61,646 bases of DNA from Clostridium sp. CAG:138 (GTDB lineage: Bacteria > Bacillota > Clostridia > Christensenellales > CAG-138): positions 8,107 through 69,752 of the forward strand of contig FR879692.1 of NCBI GenBank assembly GCA_000435055.1. The letters run 5' to 3'. The first letter of the stretch is position 1. Every line of letters starts with the position of its first letter. Position numbers and translations under genes: made by a program. Of the stretch, positions 19,041 to 28,160 are shown in pieces. The notes under the pieces are model-generated. The model was not told where the DNA came from, searched no databases, and saw only the letters and a program-made list of their open reading frames with translations.

Positions 19041-19787
19041 ATGCAGTTACATTTGACATTCAGCGCTCGGCATGTCCGTTTGCCGCTGTCGCACCGATAC
19101 GCCTTGCAGGGAATGCTCTATCATGCTCTTGCAAGCAATCCGCATTATTCAAATTATGTACACAACAGCGGATATTCTTGCGGCGCGCGCAATTATAAGC
19201 TTTTTACTTTCGGCCGTCTTTCGGGACCGTTCATGCACAGCGAACATGAAATCATCTTTAAGGATACCGTGCATTTTGAGGTTCGCAGCGTTGATCCGAA
19301 TTTCGTGTATCAACTCGGTTCGGTGCTGTGTCCGAGCAGCCAAATCAATTTGTTTGAAAACACACTTGAAATTCTGGACAGCCGCATTGAAGATTATTCA
19401 CCCAATACCTGCTGTGCAAAAATCTCAATGCTGTCGCCTATTACGGTTTTTGAAACCGAGAGAAGCGGTTATCGCCGCTTTATAGCCCCCGATGAATCTC
19501 TGTTCTATACTGCTGTGGTCAACAATGCGCTCAGAAAATGGCAGAGCTATTTCAACACGCCCGCACCGACGGATTTTTCCTTTGAACCTGCCCTTCCTCC
19601 GGCGGAGTTAATTCAGAATCATCGCATCGTTTCAAGGTTTAAAAGATCCACCATCGTTTCATACGGCGGCAGCTATGTTTTGCGCGGCAACGGCAAGCTT
19701 ATCAACTTTCTTTATGACGCAGGTCTCGGTTCAAAAAACTCACAGGGACTCGGCATGTTTAATATTGAATCATTTCCCGACCTTTAA
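19041..19787 (+). CDS. cas6: CRISPR-associated endoribonuclease Cas6 (solitary)
   Basis: 248 aa. N-terminal Cas6 signature LPLSHRYALQGMLYHAL...YVHNSGY...YKLFTFGRL and the C-terminal glycine-rich loop GLGSKNSQGLGMF. Confidence 0.85.
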   Translation: MQLHLTFSARHVRLPLSHRYALQGMLYHALASNPHYSNYVHNSGYSCGARNYKLFTFGRLSGPFMHSEHEIIFKDTVHFEVRSVDPNFVYQLGSVLCPSSQINLFENTLEILDSRIEDYSPNTCCAKISMLSPITVFETERSGYRRFIAPDESLFYTAVVNNALRKWQSYFNTPAPTDFSFEPALPPAELIQNHRIVSRFKRSTIVSYGGSYVLRGNGKLINFLYDAGLGSKNSQGLGMFNIESFPDL

Positions 19788-19792
19788 ACATT

Positions 19793-21238
19793 TTATTCTG
19801 CCGCATTTTCTCCGAACAGCCTTCCAACCGTTTCACGCAGACGCTTACGCAGCGGCGGAACGTACTCTTTCGAATTATATATTTTTATAAATTCTTCTTT
19901 ATCCGCCCAAAGATATTCAACAGTTTCTCCCGGCTGCAATACAACGGAGTCTTTTTTCGCGCTGATAAAGCACAAATAGCCCATATATATTGAATCCTGC
20001 GAGATGTCCGTAAATATAGGCTGAAGCACATCCGCGGCAAGCCCTGTTTCTTCACGGAGCTCTCGTCTTGCTGCGGTTTCCGGATCTTCTCCACGCTGTA
20101 CCGAACCGCCCGCACTGCTTTCCCAAAGCCCGGGATAACCGCCTTTATTGTAATCTCGCCGTGTCAAAAGAACCGAACCGTCCTGATGCACTGCCAAAAC
20201 TTCAACAACAATGTGGTATAACCCTTCCGGTATCGGCTCCCCGCGTATCAGGAGCTGCCCGGTGCGCTCACCTGTTTCCGTGTATGCATCCCAAAGTTCA
20301 GGAACGCCGATGTACCATGACGGTATCTCATTCGTCATACCGTTGTACCATTCATAAACCTCACGGGTCTGACGGAGCATAACCTGAATTTCTTCCTCTC
20401 CGAATCTAACTGCCCACGGCACGGATGCAATCCCGTTTATGCATGTATACAGTGCGAGCAGTTTCCAGAATTCCGGCGGCACGGCATTATCAAAATAGCC
20501 GTTCACAATCCCGGATGCAAAATACGGTGAAAGGTGTGCGCTCCACACAAGGCGATTGAATTCCTGCCACGGATCGCCGAAATCCGAGCGATTAAAATCT
20601 ATAACGATAAGTTCGCCTGAATCGTTTACAAGAAAATTGCCGATATGATAATCCCCGTGGCGAAAAGTCTGCGGTCTGTTTTTCAGCAGATGCCGATTCG
20701 CCTTGATATATTCGACAAAGGAATCTGCAACATCATTTTTGATGCTGCATTCACGGCAAAGCCTTAACTTGTTCTCTATGGACACATTAATGCGTTCTTC
20801 CCAGTTCTGTACATTGTCCGGAGCCGGAACTTCGTGTATGTATTTCAAAACTCTGCCTGCCCTCAGTCCGAAAGCGTACTGTTCTGCAGCGGGCATCACT
20901 GCAACAGCGGGTTCGGCCGCGCCGCCGTCCGCCCAGGCATAAACAGCATATGTTCCTTCGGTGTGCTGTCGAATATCATCACAAAAAGCATGGATATCAT
21001 CAAGCTTACCGCACTCGATCGGTATGCTCATCGGAACTTGCTGCATCGGAATGTTTTCGGCCGCACTAATTATCGATGCGCATTTCTTCTGTGCTTCAAA
21101 CAGAGTTATAAAATCGGGATTTATCTTTCCCGGGGTAACGCGCAAAAGGTACTTTTTGCCGTCGGCACCCAATGCAAAATACTTATAATCATCCGACCAA
21201 CCTTGGGTTATCGGTGTCTTTTCGATGTATTTTATCAT
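19793..21238 (-). CDS. fusion protein: APH/choline-kinase-family phosphotransferase (N-terminal) plus NUDIX hydrolase (C-terminal)
   Basis: Kinase motifs HGDYHIGNF and VIDFNRSDFGDPWQEF. NUDIX box GGSVQRGEDPETAARRELREETGL. I moved the start to ATG 21238 (MIKYIEK), which has RBS AAAGGAAAA. Confidence 0.8.
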   Translation of the reverse strand: MIKYIEKTPITQGWSDDYKYFALGADGKKYLLRVTPGKINPDFITLFEAQKKCASIISAAENIPMQQVPMSIPIECGKLDDIHAFCDDIRQHTEGTYAVYAWADGGAAEPAVAVMPAAEQYAFGLRAGRVLKYIHEVPAPDNVQNWEERINVSIENKLRLCRECSIKNDVADSFVEYIKANRHLLKNRPQTFRHGDYHIGNFLVNDSGELIVIDFNRSDFGDPWQEFNRLVWSAHLSPYFASGIVNGYFDNAVPPEFWKLLALYTCINGIASVPWAVRFGEEEIQVMLRQTREVYEWYNGMTNEIPSWYIGVPELWDAYTETGERTGQLLIRGEPIPEGLYHIVVEVLAVHQDGSVLLTRRDYNKGGYPGLWESSAGGSVQRGEDPETAARRELREETGLAADVLQPIFTDISQDSIYMGYLCFISAKKDSVVLQPGETVEYLWADKEEFIKIYNSKEYVPPLRKRLRETVGRLFGENAAE

Positions 21239-21313
21239 TCTTTTCCTTTCAAAAGGCATTCGGCGGTTTATCTCTGCCTTTGTCTGCCGCCGCCGAAACA
21301 TTTGCTCAGTTTG

Positions 21314-24304
21314 CTATGCCTCACTCCGCCTTTTTTTGCCGCGCCTGCGTTTCACCGCAATAACCGCCGCAAAGGCCGCAGTCAGTATAATCGCACCGCA
21401 TACGATCATGATATAGGGCGTACGGTCTTTTTTTATGACTTTTTCAATGGCAAAAATACCATTGTTGTTCAGCTCAAACACAATGTATTTACCGTCACGC
21501 TCGAATTCGCGCTCAGTCCAACCGGCATCGGTCAATACGCTCAGCTTGCAATCCTCTTCCGAGAGACAGCGCACGATGTACGCGCTTTCGCCGGCCTCCG
21601 CGTTGAAAACGCAAATGCGGAAAGCCGCTGTCGGAACTCCTTCGCCAAACCCGTTTTTTAATGCAAACTCCGCCGCATCTTCGGCAACGACATATGCTTC
21701 ATCGTCAAAAATGCCCTCAACAAGGATTTGGGGAATCTCTTCGTTTGTTGCAATTGTTGTTATCATTCGGTGCCACTCCCCGCTCACGGTTTGACTGAAC
21801 GTTACGCAATCCGCTCCGAAATCATCCCACCGCCAATACTTGCCCTTTTCATTCCCGACTTGCGGAAGATCCGTGATCCTGCCGCCGCAGGGAACCTCGA
21901 AAACCTCTGTGATTTTGCCGTCTATGCTGAATTTGACCGTTACCTTTTTGAACAAATTCGGTGTTTTTGCTTTTTCGGCAAGTTCGTTAAGACTCACCGC
22001 ATACGCAATGCCTGCATAGCTTATGCCGTCAATGCCGCCCAAGCCGCGCACCGAATCGGACGAGTCATTAAACTTAGATGTGTCTGCAAAGATATTGTTT
22101 CTGCACTCCTCCGTCAGTTCTCCCGCAATTGCACCGATATAGGCTCCGTCGGCAAAGCTTGATTTTCCGGCCAACAGCATTGTCGGTACTGCGGCGCAGT
22201 CAATCACCGATTTCGCACTTCCCGCAATTCCGCCGACATAAGCTTTGCCGGCGAGTGCAGTAATGCTGCCGCATTCACGAATTGTTCCTGAAAGTCTTCC
22301 GGCAATACCGCCTGCGTATTCCCTTCCCGCCTTAACGCTGCCGCCGCTTTCGCAGCCAAGCAAAAAGCCGCGGCTGCCGTAACCGAGAATTCCCCCTGCA
22401 TTATCATACTTTGCCGAAATCACCGCATCATTTGAACACATGAAAACGGTCGCCCTGATAAAAAGGGTCGTATCGGTGAAAAGAACATCATCGATTGACG
22501 GAATGTCTATCTCCTCCAAGTCGGATGGAAGTTCTTTTGAAAGGTTCCCGATAATTCCGCCTATACCGTAGTCGCCGGAAACATCGCCGAAATTTCTGCA
22601 CTTTGCAGCCATTCCGCCTGCTTGATTTTCGGCATCACGTTCCGCATTTTCGGAAACATCTTCAATATTCCCGCCGTTTCCGTTCAGTACGTTGCGTATG
22701 TTTTCGTGGAGGAGCCGCATTGACTCCACACATTTTTGAACGCTTTTTTCCAGTCTGTTCCCGTCAGCTTTAACCAGTTCAAGGTATTCGCTTGCTGTTT
22801 TTGTGAGTTCATCAAGTTTTTGTTCGGCATTTTTAATAAGCTTGCAGCAATCCTCCGCCGCCTGCCGCAAACCGCTGATTGACACGGACAACAGCCCGTT
22901 CAGTGCCTCCGCAAGTGCCTTCAATGCAGGAGCAGCCGAAGCAATATTGCCAAGCAGGATGCGCAGCTGCTCAATCTTTGCCTCCAATTCCTGAAGCAGT
23001 TCAACCCACTCGGACGGCTCTGCATTCCGCAGTTCTATGATTATCAATTCAATTTCGGCAATCAGCTGAGTTACTTCCGCTGAATCCGCAAATGCTTTCC
23101 ACAAAGTTTCAAGGTTTTGTTCAATGGTGTCCAAATACTTTTCCGCATCGGCAAGCCATGCGGCATCACCCGCAATGATATCAAGATCGGCAGACAACCC
23201 TTCTCTAAGCTCTTCCGCTTCCTCAAGCACATTGCGAAGCCCTTCTCCACCGTCCTGCACAGCCTGTCGAAGATTCAATATCGTTTCATCCAAGGCGTCC
23301 GAAAAGCCCAGTATGCTTTCATTCAATATTTCAAGCGTATTCTTCCCGTATTCAACTTTGTAAAACGGTTCGGACTGACCGATGATTCCGCCTATATCGC
23401 GTCTTCCGCGAACATTTCCGTTGTTAATACAGTCGCCTGTAAAGCCACTGTTGAGCCCCGCAATGCCGCCGACATTATAACCCGTGTGCAGATATCCGAT
23501 TTCGGCACTGTTCATGCAGCCCGTCACCGTTCCTGTGTTCGTCCCCGCAATGCCGCCGATATTTCTTGACCGTTCGTTTGCCGAAAGATTAACCCCGCCG
23601 GTATTCGTGCACTCATGGATTTCTCCCGCATTCACACCGACAATGCCGCCGATTTTGTATGTTCCCGAAAGCTCCGCCGAAGAACTGCATTCGATTATTT
23701 TCCCGCTTTGTTCGTTTATGCCTGCGATTCCTCCGACAGCATTGTATGCATCCAGTCTGCCCGCTGCAGCGCAATTGCGAATCGTGCCGCGATTCACGCC
23801 GCAAATCATCCCCGCCGTTCCGGATTGTCCGGTTACAGTCACTGAACCGCTGACATTCAACTCACATACAGTTGCATCCTTTTCGATAATTCGAAACAAC
23901 CCTGTTCTTTCCGCATCCGTATTCGGCTTCATTCCGCTCACAGTATGTCCGCCGCCGTCAAAGTTTCCGAAAAACACGGGAACGGCATAATCCGTCTCTC
24001 CGCTCAAATCGATATCCGCAGTCAGTTTTACCGAAAGACCCTTTGAAAACGAATCCAAACGGCAGTTCTCTTTAAACTCCAGCCATTCCGCTTTTGTTGC
24101 AATGCGCACCGTGTTTATGCTCGCCGCAACTGAGTGTATCGGCACGAACAGGCAGCAAAACAGGGTTGCAGCCAGAAGCATTCCGCAAGCAAACAACCGC
24201 AGTTTAAAGCGGAGTTTTTGATTAACACCACACCCGGAACAAGCCGGGCAGTCGCCCGTCATCGTCTTTTTTTTACTTTGTTTCATCGAGCTTTTCCTGT
24301 TCAT
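21314..24304 (-). CDS. GLUG-repeat surface protein with a central coiled-coil insert, an N-terminal TM/signal anchor and a C-terminal TM anchor
   Basis: Repeated GG[IL][AIV]G...x-I-x-x-C units (VGGIAGINEQSGKIIEC, IGGIVGVNAGEIHEC, IGGIAGTNTGTVTGC and others). About 260 aa of Glu/Leu-rich helical sequence. C-terminal IMIVCGAIILTAAFAAVIAV followed by KRRRGKKRR. The start is ambiguous: 24304 has a GGAGG RBS, and 24286 is also possible. Confidence 0.75.
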   Translation of the reverse strand: MNRKSSMKQSKKKTMTGDCPACSGCGVNQKLRFKLRLFACGMLLAATLFCCLFVPIHSVAASINTVRIATKAEWLEFKENCRLDSFSKGLSVKLTADIDLSGETDYAVPVFFGNFDGGGHTVSGMKPNTDAERTGLFRIIEKDATVCELNVSGSVTVTGQSGTAGMICGVNRGTIRNCAAAGRLDAYNAVGGIAGINEQSGKIIECSSSAELSGTYKIGGIVGVNAGEIHECTNTGGVNLSANERSRNIGGIAGTNTGTVTGCMNSAEIGYLHTGYNVGGIAGLNSGFTGDCINNGNVRGRRDIGGIIGQSEPFYKVEYGKNTLEILNESILGFSDALDETILNLRQAVQDGGEGLRNVLEEAEELREGLSADLDIIAGDAAWLADAEKYLDTIEQNLETLWKAFADSAEVTQLIAEIELIIIELRNAEPSEWVELLQELEAKIEQLRILLGNIASAAPALKALAEALNGLLSVSISGLRQAAEDCCKLIKNAEQKLDELTKTASEYLELVKADGNRLEKSVQKCVESMRLLHENIRNVLNGNGGNIEDVSENAERDAENQAGGMAAKCRNFGDVSGDYGIGGIIGNLSKELPSDLEEIDIPSIDDVLFTDTTLFIRATVFMCSNDAVISAKYDNAGGILGYGSRGFLLGCESGGSVKAGREYAGGIAGRLSGTIRECGSITALAGKAYVGGIAGSAKSVIDCAAVPTMLLAGKSSFADGAYIGAIAGELTEECRNNIFADTSKFNDSSDSVRGLGGIDGISYAGIAYAVSLNELAEKAKTPNLFKKVTVKFSIDGKITEVFEVPCGGRITDLPQVGNEKGKYWRWDDFGADCVTFSQTVSGEWHRMITTIATNEEIPQILVEGIFDDEAYVVAEDAAEFALKNGFGEGVPTAAFRICVFNAEAGESAYIVRCLSEEDCKLSVLTDAGWTEREFERDGKYIVFELNNNGIFAIEKVIKKDRTPYIMIVCGAIILTAAFAAVIAVKRRRGKKRRSEA

Positions 24305-26606
24305 CCGCGCCGCCTCCGAGCAATTTTTTAAAATCAATCATTGTTTTTTCAATCAGTTTATTTCCAACCAAAAGCACCTGCGGCAAAACCGTGAGCACAA
24401 GTATCACCGAAATCAATGCACCGCGTCCAAGCGTCAGCCCGATTGAGCTGATGTAGAGATCGGTGGTCCGCAAAGCAATAATAAATCCTGCCGCCGTCAT
24501 AATTGTTCCGGAAGTCAGTATTGTTGAAAAGCTTTCGTTAACGGCAATTGCCATCGCCTGTTTCGGCGCATAATCCTGTTTTCTGAGCTGAAACCTGTTA
24601 TACAAAACAATTGCATAGTCGATCGTCGCACCCATCTGTATCGCACTTACGATAAGATAAGTAACGAAGAAAAGGTTCGTCCCCGTGATATACGGGAAAG
24701 AGAAGTTAAGCCAAATGCTGCTCTGAATCACAAGAATCAGCAGCACGGCCGCACCGAGCGAACGGAATGTGAACAGCAGCACAATAAAAACAAATGCAAT
24801 CGTCAAAAAAGACACACGATTGTTGTCCATTCTGAATGAATCCTCCAGATCCTTTGCGCTGGTTATGTCCCCGATCACGATTATCGCATCTTCCGAAAGC
24901 TCCGTTTTCCCGTTTTCGGAATATAATTTGCGTGCAGACGATTCTATGTTTTCAATCAGAGCAACACTTTCCTCTCCTTCAACCGGCACGGCGGCATTGA
25001 ATACGATTCGCGAATAATGCTCGCCGCGCAGCTGCACAAGTGCATCATCCAGCGTTCCGCGCATGGATTCAACCATTTGCTCCTTGTCGTCATCAAGAGT
25101 TATCATTCCCCTGTCCTTTGCTTCAAAAAGAAACTCAAGCATATCAATAAGCGGCACGGCAAACGCATCGCTGTCGCCGAGAATGGGCTGAAAGCTGTCA
25201 TGTTCATAGCCGTACAGCGCATACAGAAGCTTTGCGGTTTCAATATCAACACCCAGAAGTTCGGAAGCAGCACGGGCGGTGTACGGATCCGTCAGCACAC
25301 GCCCCTCCTCAATCTCTATGCTTGCAAGCCCGAGTGCCGAACGTATCCCCGGAAAACCGTTAACTTCCGAAATAAGTGCCTTCTCCTTTGTATAATCTCC
25401 GACGGGAACGAGTACCGCAATCATATTTGTTTCATCAAACGTGTTGTAGATATGGGCTTTTATTCTGTCCTGCTCCGAAAGCGTAATCCTGTCCGTTTCG
25501 GAATCCGAAAATGTGTATTCGCATTTTGCCGAAAACACGATTGCAGCCGGCAGCAAAAACGCGAATATAATCAGGAACACGGGAACTTTTTTTGAAAGCA
25601 GCCTTCCCCAACCCGTTATATTCGGAACAAGGTTCTTATGGCGGGTTTTAAGCAAAGCCTTGTGGAACAGCATAATGAGTCCCGGCATAAGCAAAAACAC
25701 CGTGAGCATGCTGCATATGATGCCTTTCGTCAGAACGAGACCCAAATCATAACCAAGGCGGAACTGCATCAGCATCAGAGCAACAAGTCCCGAAATCGTT
25801 GTCAGGCTTGATGACGATATTTCAATTATTGAATATGCAAGTGAATCCGTAAGCGCGCTTTTAACATTGCGCTGCCTGTCATATTCATCCTGAAAACGAT
25901 GGCAGAAAATAATCGCATAGTCTATTGCAAGCGCAAGCTGAAGAATGATTGCAATGGAATTCGTTATTGACGAAATCTCCCGAAGCCAATAATTCGTGCC
26001 CATATTCAGCACCGCCGCCACTGCAAAAACAATGAAAAGGATTATAACCTCGAAATAACTTTTCGACGTAAACAAAAGCACTGCCGCAATTACAATGAGT
26101 GCAAGAATAAGAACCTGCGTTATTTCACCCGCAAGCTGCTTCACGTAATCCTGTCCGACAGTTGTTGAAACGCTTACTTCATAATCCGAAAGGCTGTCCT
26201 TAATCTGTTCAAGCGCATCAATCGCACGTTCATCCTCGCTTTCGGCAGAAAAAGCAACCGTGAAAAGCGCAGATGAGGACGCATAGTGTTCCGACGAATC
26301 ATCAAAAGAAACAGTTGCAACATTTTCAATTTCACGCAGGTTCTCGGCAAGTTCTGCGGCTTTCTCACATGTAATGTTAGAAACCATGACATTTGCCGAA
26401 GCAAAAGCCGTGAACTCATTTTCCATGACGGTAAGGCCCCGCCTCGTCGCCGTTTTCGGCGGCAGCAGTGCCGTTATATCGTCATTCACGCGGACCTTGC
26501 TTATTGAAAGCGCGCTGTATATGACGAGTACAACGAACAGAAGCATAATAATTATATGCTTTTCCACGATAAATTTCGCAATTTTGCGCATGATGCTGTT
26601 ACTCAT
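24273..26606 (-). CDS. MMPL/RND-superfamily transporter
   Basis: 777 aa. Two blocks of about 6 TM helices, each preceded by a large extracytoplasmic loop. RBS GAGGTGA. The stop overlaps the start of the GLUG-repeat gene. Confidence 0.85.
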   Translation of the reverse strand: MSNSIMRKIAKFIVEKHIIIMLLFVVLVIYSALSISKVRVNDDITALLPPKTATRRGLTVMENEFTAFASANVMVSNITCEKAAELAENLREIENVATVSFDDSSEHYASSSALFTVAFSAESEDERAIDALEQIKDSLSDYEVSVSTTVGQDYVKQLAGEITQVLILALIVIAAVLLFTSKSYFEVIILFIVFAVAAVLNMGTNYWLREISSITNSIAIILQLALAIDYAIIFCHRFQDEYDRQRNVKSALTDSLAYSIIEISSSSLTTISGLVALMLMQFRLGYDLGLVLTKGIICSMLTVFLLMPGLIMLFHKALLKTRHKNLVPNITGWGRLLSKKVPVFLIIFAFLLPAAIVFSAKCEYTFSDSETDRITLSEQDRIKAHIYNTFDETNMIAVLVPVGDYTKEKALISEVNGFPGIRSALGLASIEIEEGRVLTDPYTARAASELLGVDIETAKLLYALYGYEHDSFQPILGDSDAFAVPLIDMLEFLFEAKDRGMITLDDDKEQMVESMRGTLDDALVQLRGEHYSRIVFNAAVPVEGEESVALIENIESSARKLYSENGKTELSEDAIIVIGDITSAKDLEDSFRMDNNRVSFLTIAFVFIVLLFTFRSLGAAVLLILVIQSSIWLNFSFPYITGTNLFFVTYLIVSAIQMGATIDYAIVLYNRFQLRKQDYAPKQAMAIAVNESFSTILTSGTIMTAAGFIIALRTTDLYISSIGLTLGRGALISVILVLTVLPQVLLVGNKLIEKTMIDFKKLLGGGADEQEKLDETK

Positions 26607-26761
26607 TCGTTTTCACCTCGGGCTTTGTGCTTTTTTCGGTGTTTGTATATTTTTCGTATTTTTGTTCTTCAACCGAGTCCGAATCCGTTCAGTCAAAGTA
26701 ACCGTCCTTTTTCAAAAGCTCATGCAGTTTTTGTTCCGTCTTTAAAACTTCGAGCGTATCC

Positions 26762-27925
26762 TCAGCCGTTTTTAATGCGCTGCGGCGGGTACGTTCGGGC
26801 AAGTTCGTTTTTTTTTGCGCGAAGCAAAAGGTTCTTCGGCGTGTGCGAAAGGTCAACAAATTCCATCAATCCCGTCCTGTATCCGCATGCCGTCAGAAGC
26901 TTTTGCCGTATCGAGTCCGTTATCAATGCCGAAACACGCTCCCGCAGTATCCCGTTATCGTCAAATATCGGCAATGCAGCATAATCAGCCTTTCCCGCCA
27001 ATTCATGCTGGCAGCAAGGCACCGAAAGAATGTACTTTGCACCTCGCTTCACTGCATTATACAGTGCATAATCCGTTGCTGTGTCACATGCGTGAAGCGT
27101 TATCACCATATCGATTGCCTCGTCCGCAGCGCAGTCCGCTATATCTCCCGCTTGAAAATGCAAATTCGAATAACCGTATTTCTCTGCAAGCTTTGTGCAG
27201 AAATCGATAACATCCTCCTTCAAATCGACTCCTGTCATTTGTACGGGGATTTTGCGAATAAAAGTGAAATAATAATACACGATGAACGTGAGGTATGACT
27301 TTCCGCACCCGAAATCGATAATTCTCATCGGTTTCTTCTCTGCGTCATTATTTTCTCCGTCAACAGCCTCATCTTTTACGATTTCGTCGATGAATTCCAA
27401 AAATCTGTTTATCTGTTTGAACTTATCGTACATAGCCTTGTGTACCGCACCGTTACTTGCCATAACACCCATGTCTGCCAGCGGGGGGATGACAGTGCCC
27501 TCTGCAAGGATGTATTTTTTCTTTCGGTTTTGCGATTCAACCGCCTTCGGGGCTGCAGTGCAGGCGCGGCTGCCGGTCAGCAGATTGCCCTTTTTTGTCA
27601 GCTTTGCCGTAAATTCGCGCTCGCCGTTCCACGCATTAACCTGCGTATATCCCTCAAAATCGGAACATATGCGCATCGCAGCCTCGTTTTTTTCGCAATA
27701 CTCATGGAACGCCTGCTTCTCTGTCAGCCTTTCAATGAAATATTGGCCGTTTACAAGTGAAAACGTGCTCTTCTTGTATCGTTTTTCCCCGCGCGGACCG
27801 CTGAGCACAATCCTGTGCGCACCGCAGGAAATAATTTGTTCCGCAAATTCACTGATACTTTCCATATTTTCCTCGTCAAAAGTCGCATTTTCAAGAGGTG
27901 CCCCTGCGTGTTTCACGCATGGCAT
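26762..27925 (-). CDS. class I SAM-dependent methyltransferase (Methyltransf_32-like)
   Basis: Motifs IIDFGCGKSYLT and LHACDTATD. I moved the start to ATG 27925 (MPCVKH), which has RBS AGAGGAG. The C-terminus is uncertain; see the A9-tract finding. Confidence 0.8.
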   Translation of the reverse strand: MPCVKHAGAPLENATFDEENMESISEFAEQIISCGAHRIVLSGPRGEKRYKKSTFSLVNGQYFIERLTEKQAFHEYCEKNEAAMRICSDFEGYTQVNAWNGEREFTAKLTKKGNLLTGSRACTAAPKAVESQNRKKKYILAEGTVIPPLADMGVMASNGAVHKAMYDKFKQINRFLEFIDEIVKDEAVDGENNDAEKKPMRIIDFGCGKSYLTFIVYYYFTFIRKIPVQMTGVDLKEDVIDFCTKLAEKYGYSNLHFQAGDIADCAADEAIDMVITLHACDTATDYALYNAVKRGAKYILSVPCCQHELAGKADYAALPIFDDNGILRERVSALITDSIRQKLLTACGYRTGLMEFVDLSHTPKNLLLRAKKNELARTYPPQRIKNG

Positions 27926-28046
27926 GAATTCTCCTCTCATTATAATACTTTATCATCTTACGCCGAAAATCGCAAGTGGCAGCCGCATTATTCTGAGACA
28001 AACTCTGCGCATACCGTCCTTTTTACCGAAAAAGCGACTGATGCTG

Positions 28047-28081
28047 TTGACATTCAGTACATAATCTGTTATTATAGTACT
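28047..28081 (+). promoter_or_regulatory. tetR-family gene promoter overlapped by an imperfect inverted repeat (candidate operator)
   Basis: TTGACA (28047-28052), a 17-nt spacer, then TGtTATTAT (28067-28075). The inverted repeat AGTACATAAT-ctgtt-ATTATAGTACT spans 28056-28081. Confidence 0.5.
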
Positions 28082-28160
28082 CGGAAATAGAGTGTGAACT
28101 AATTTTGAATTGTTCTCAACTCTACAAAAGTTTTTGTTTATTTGTTTAAAAGGGTTTATC

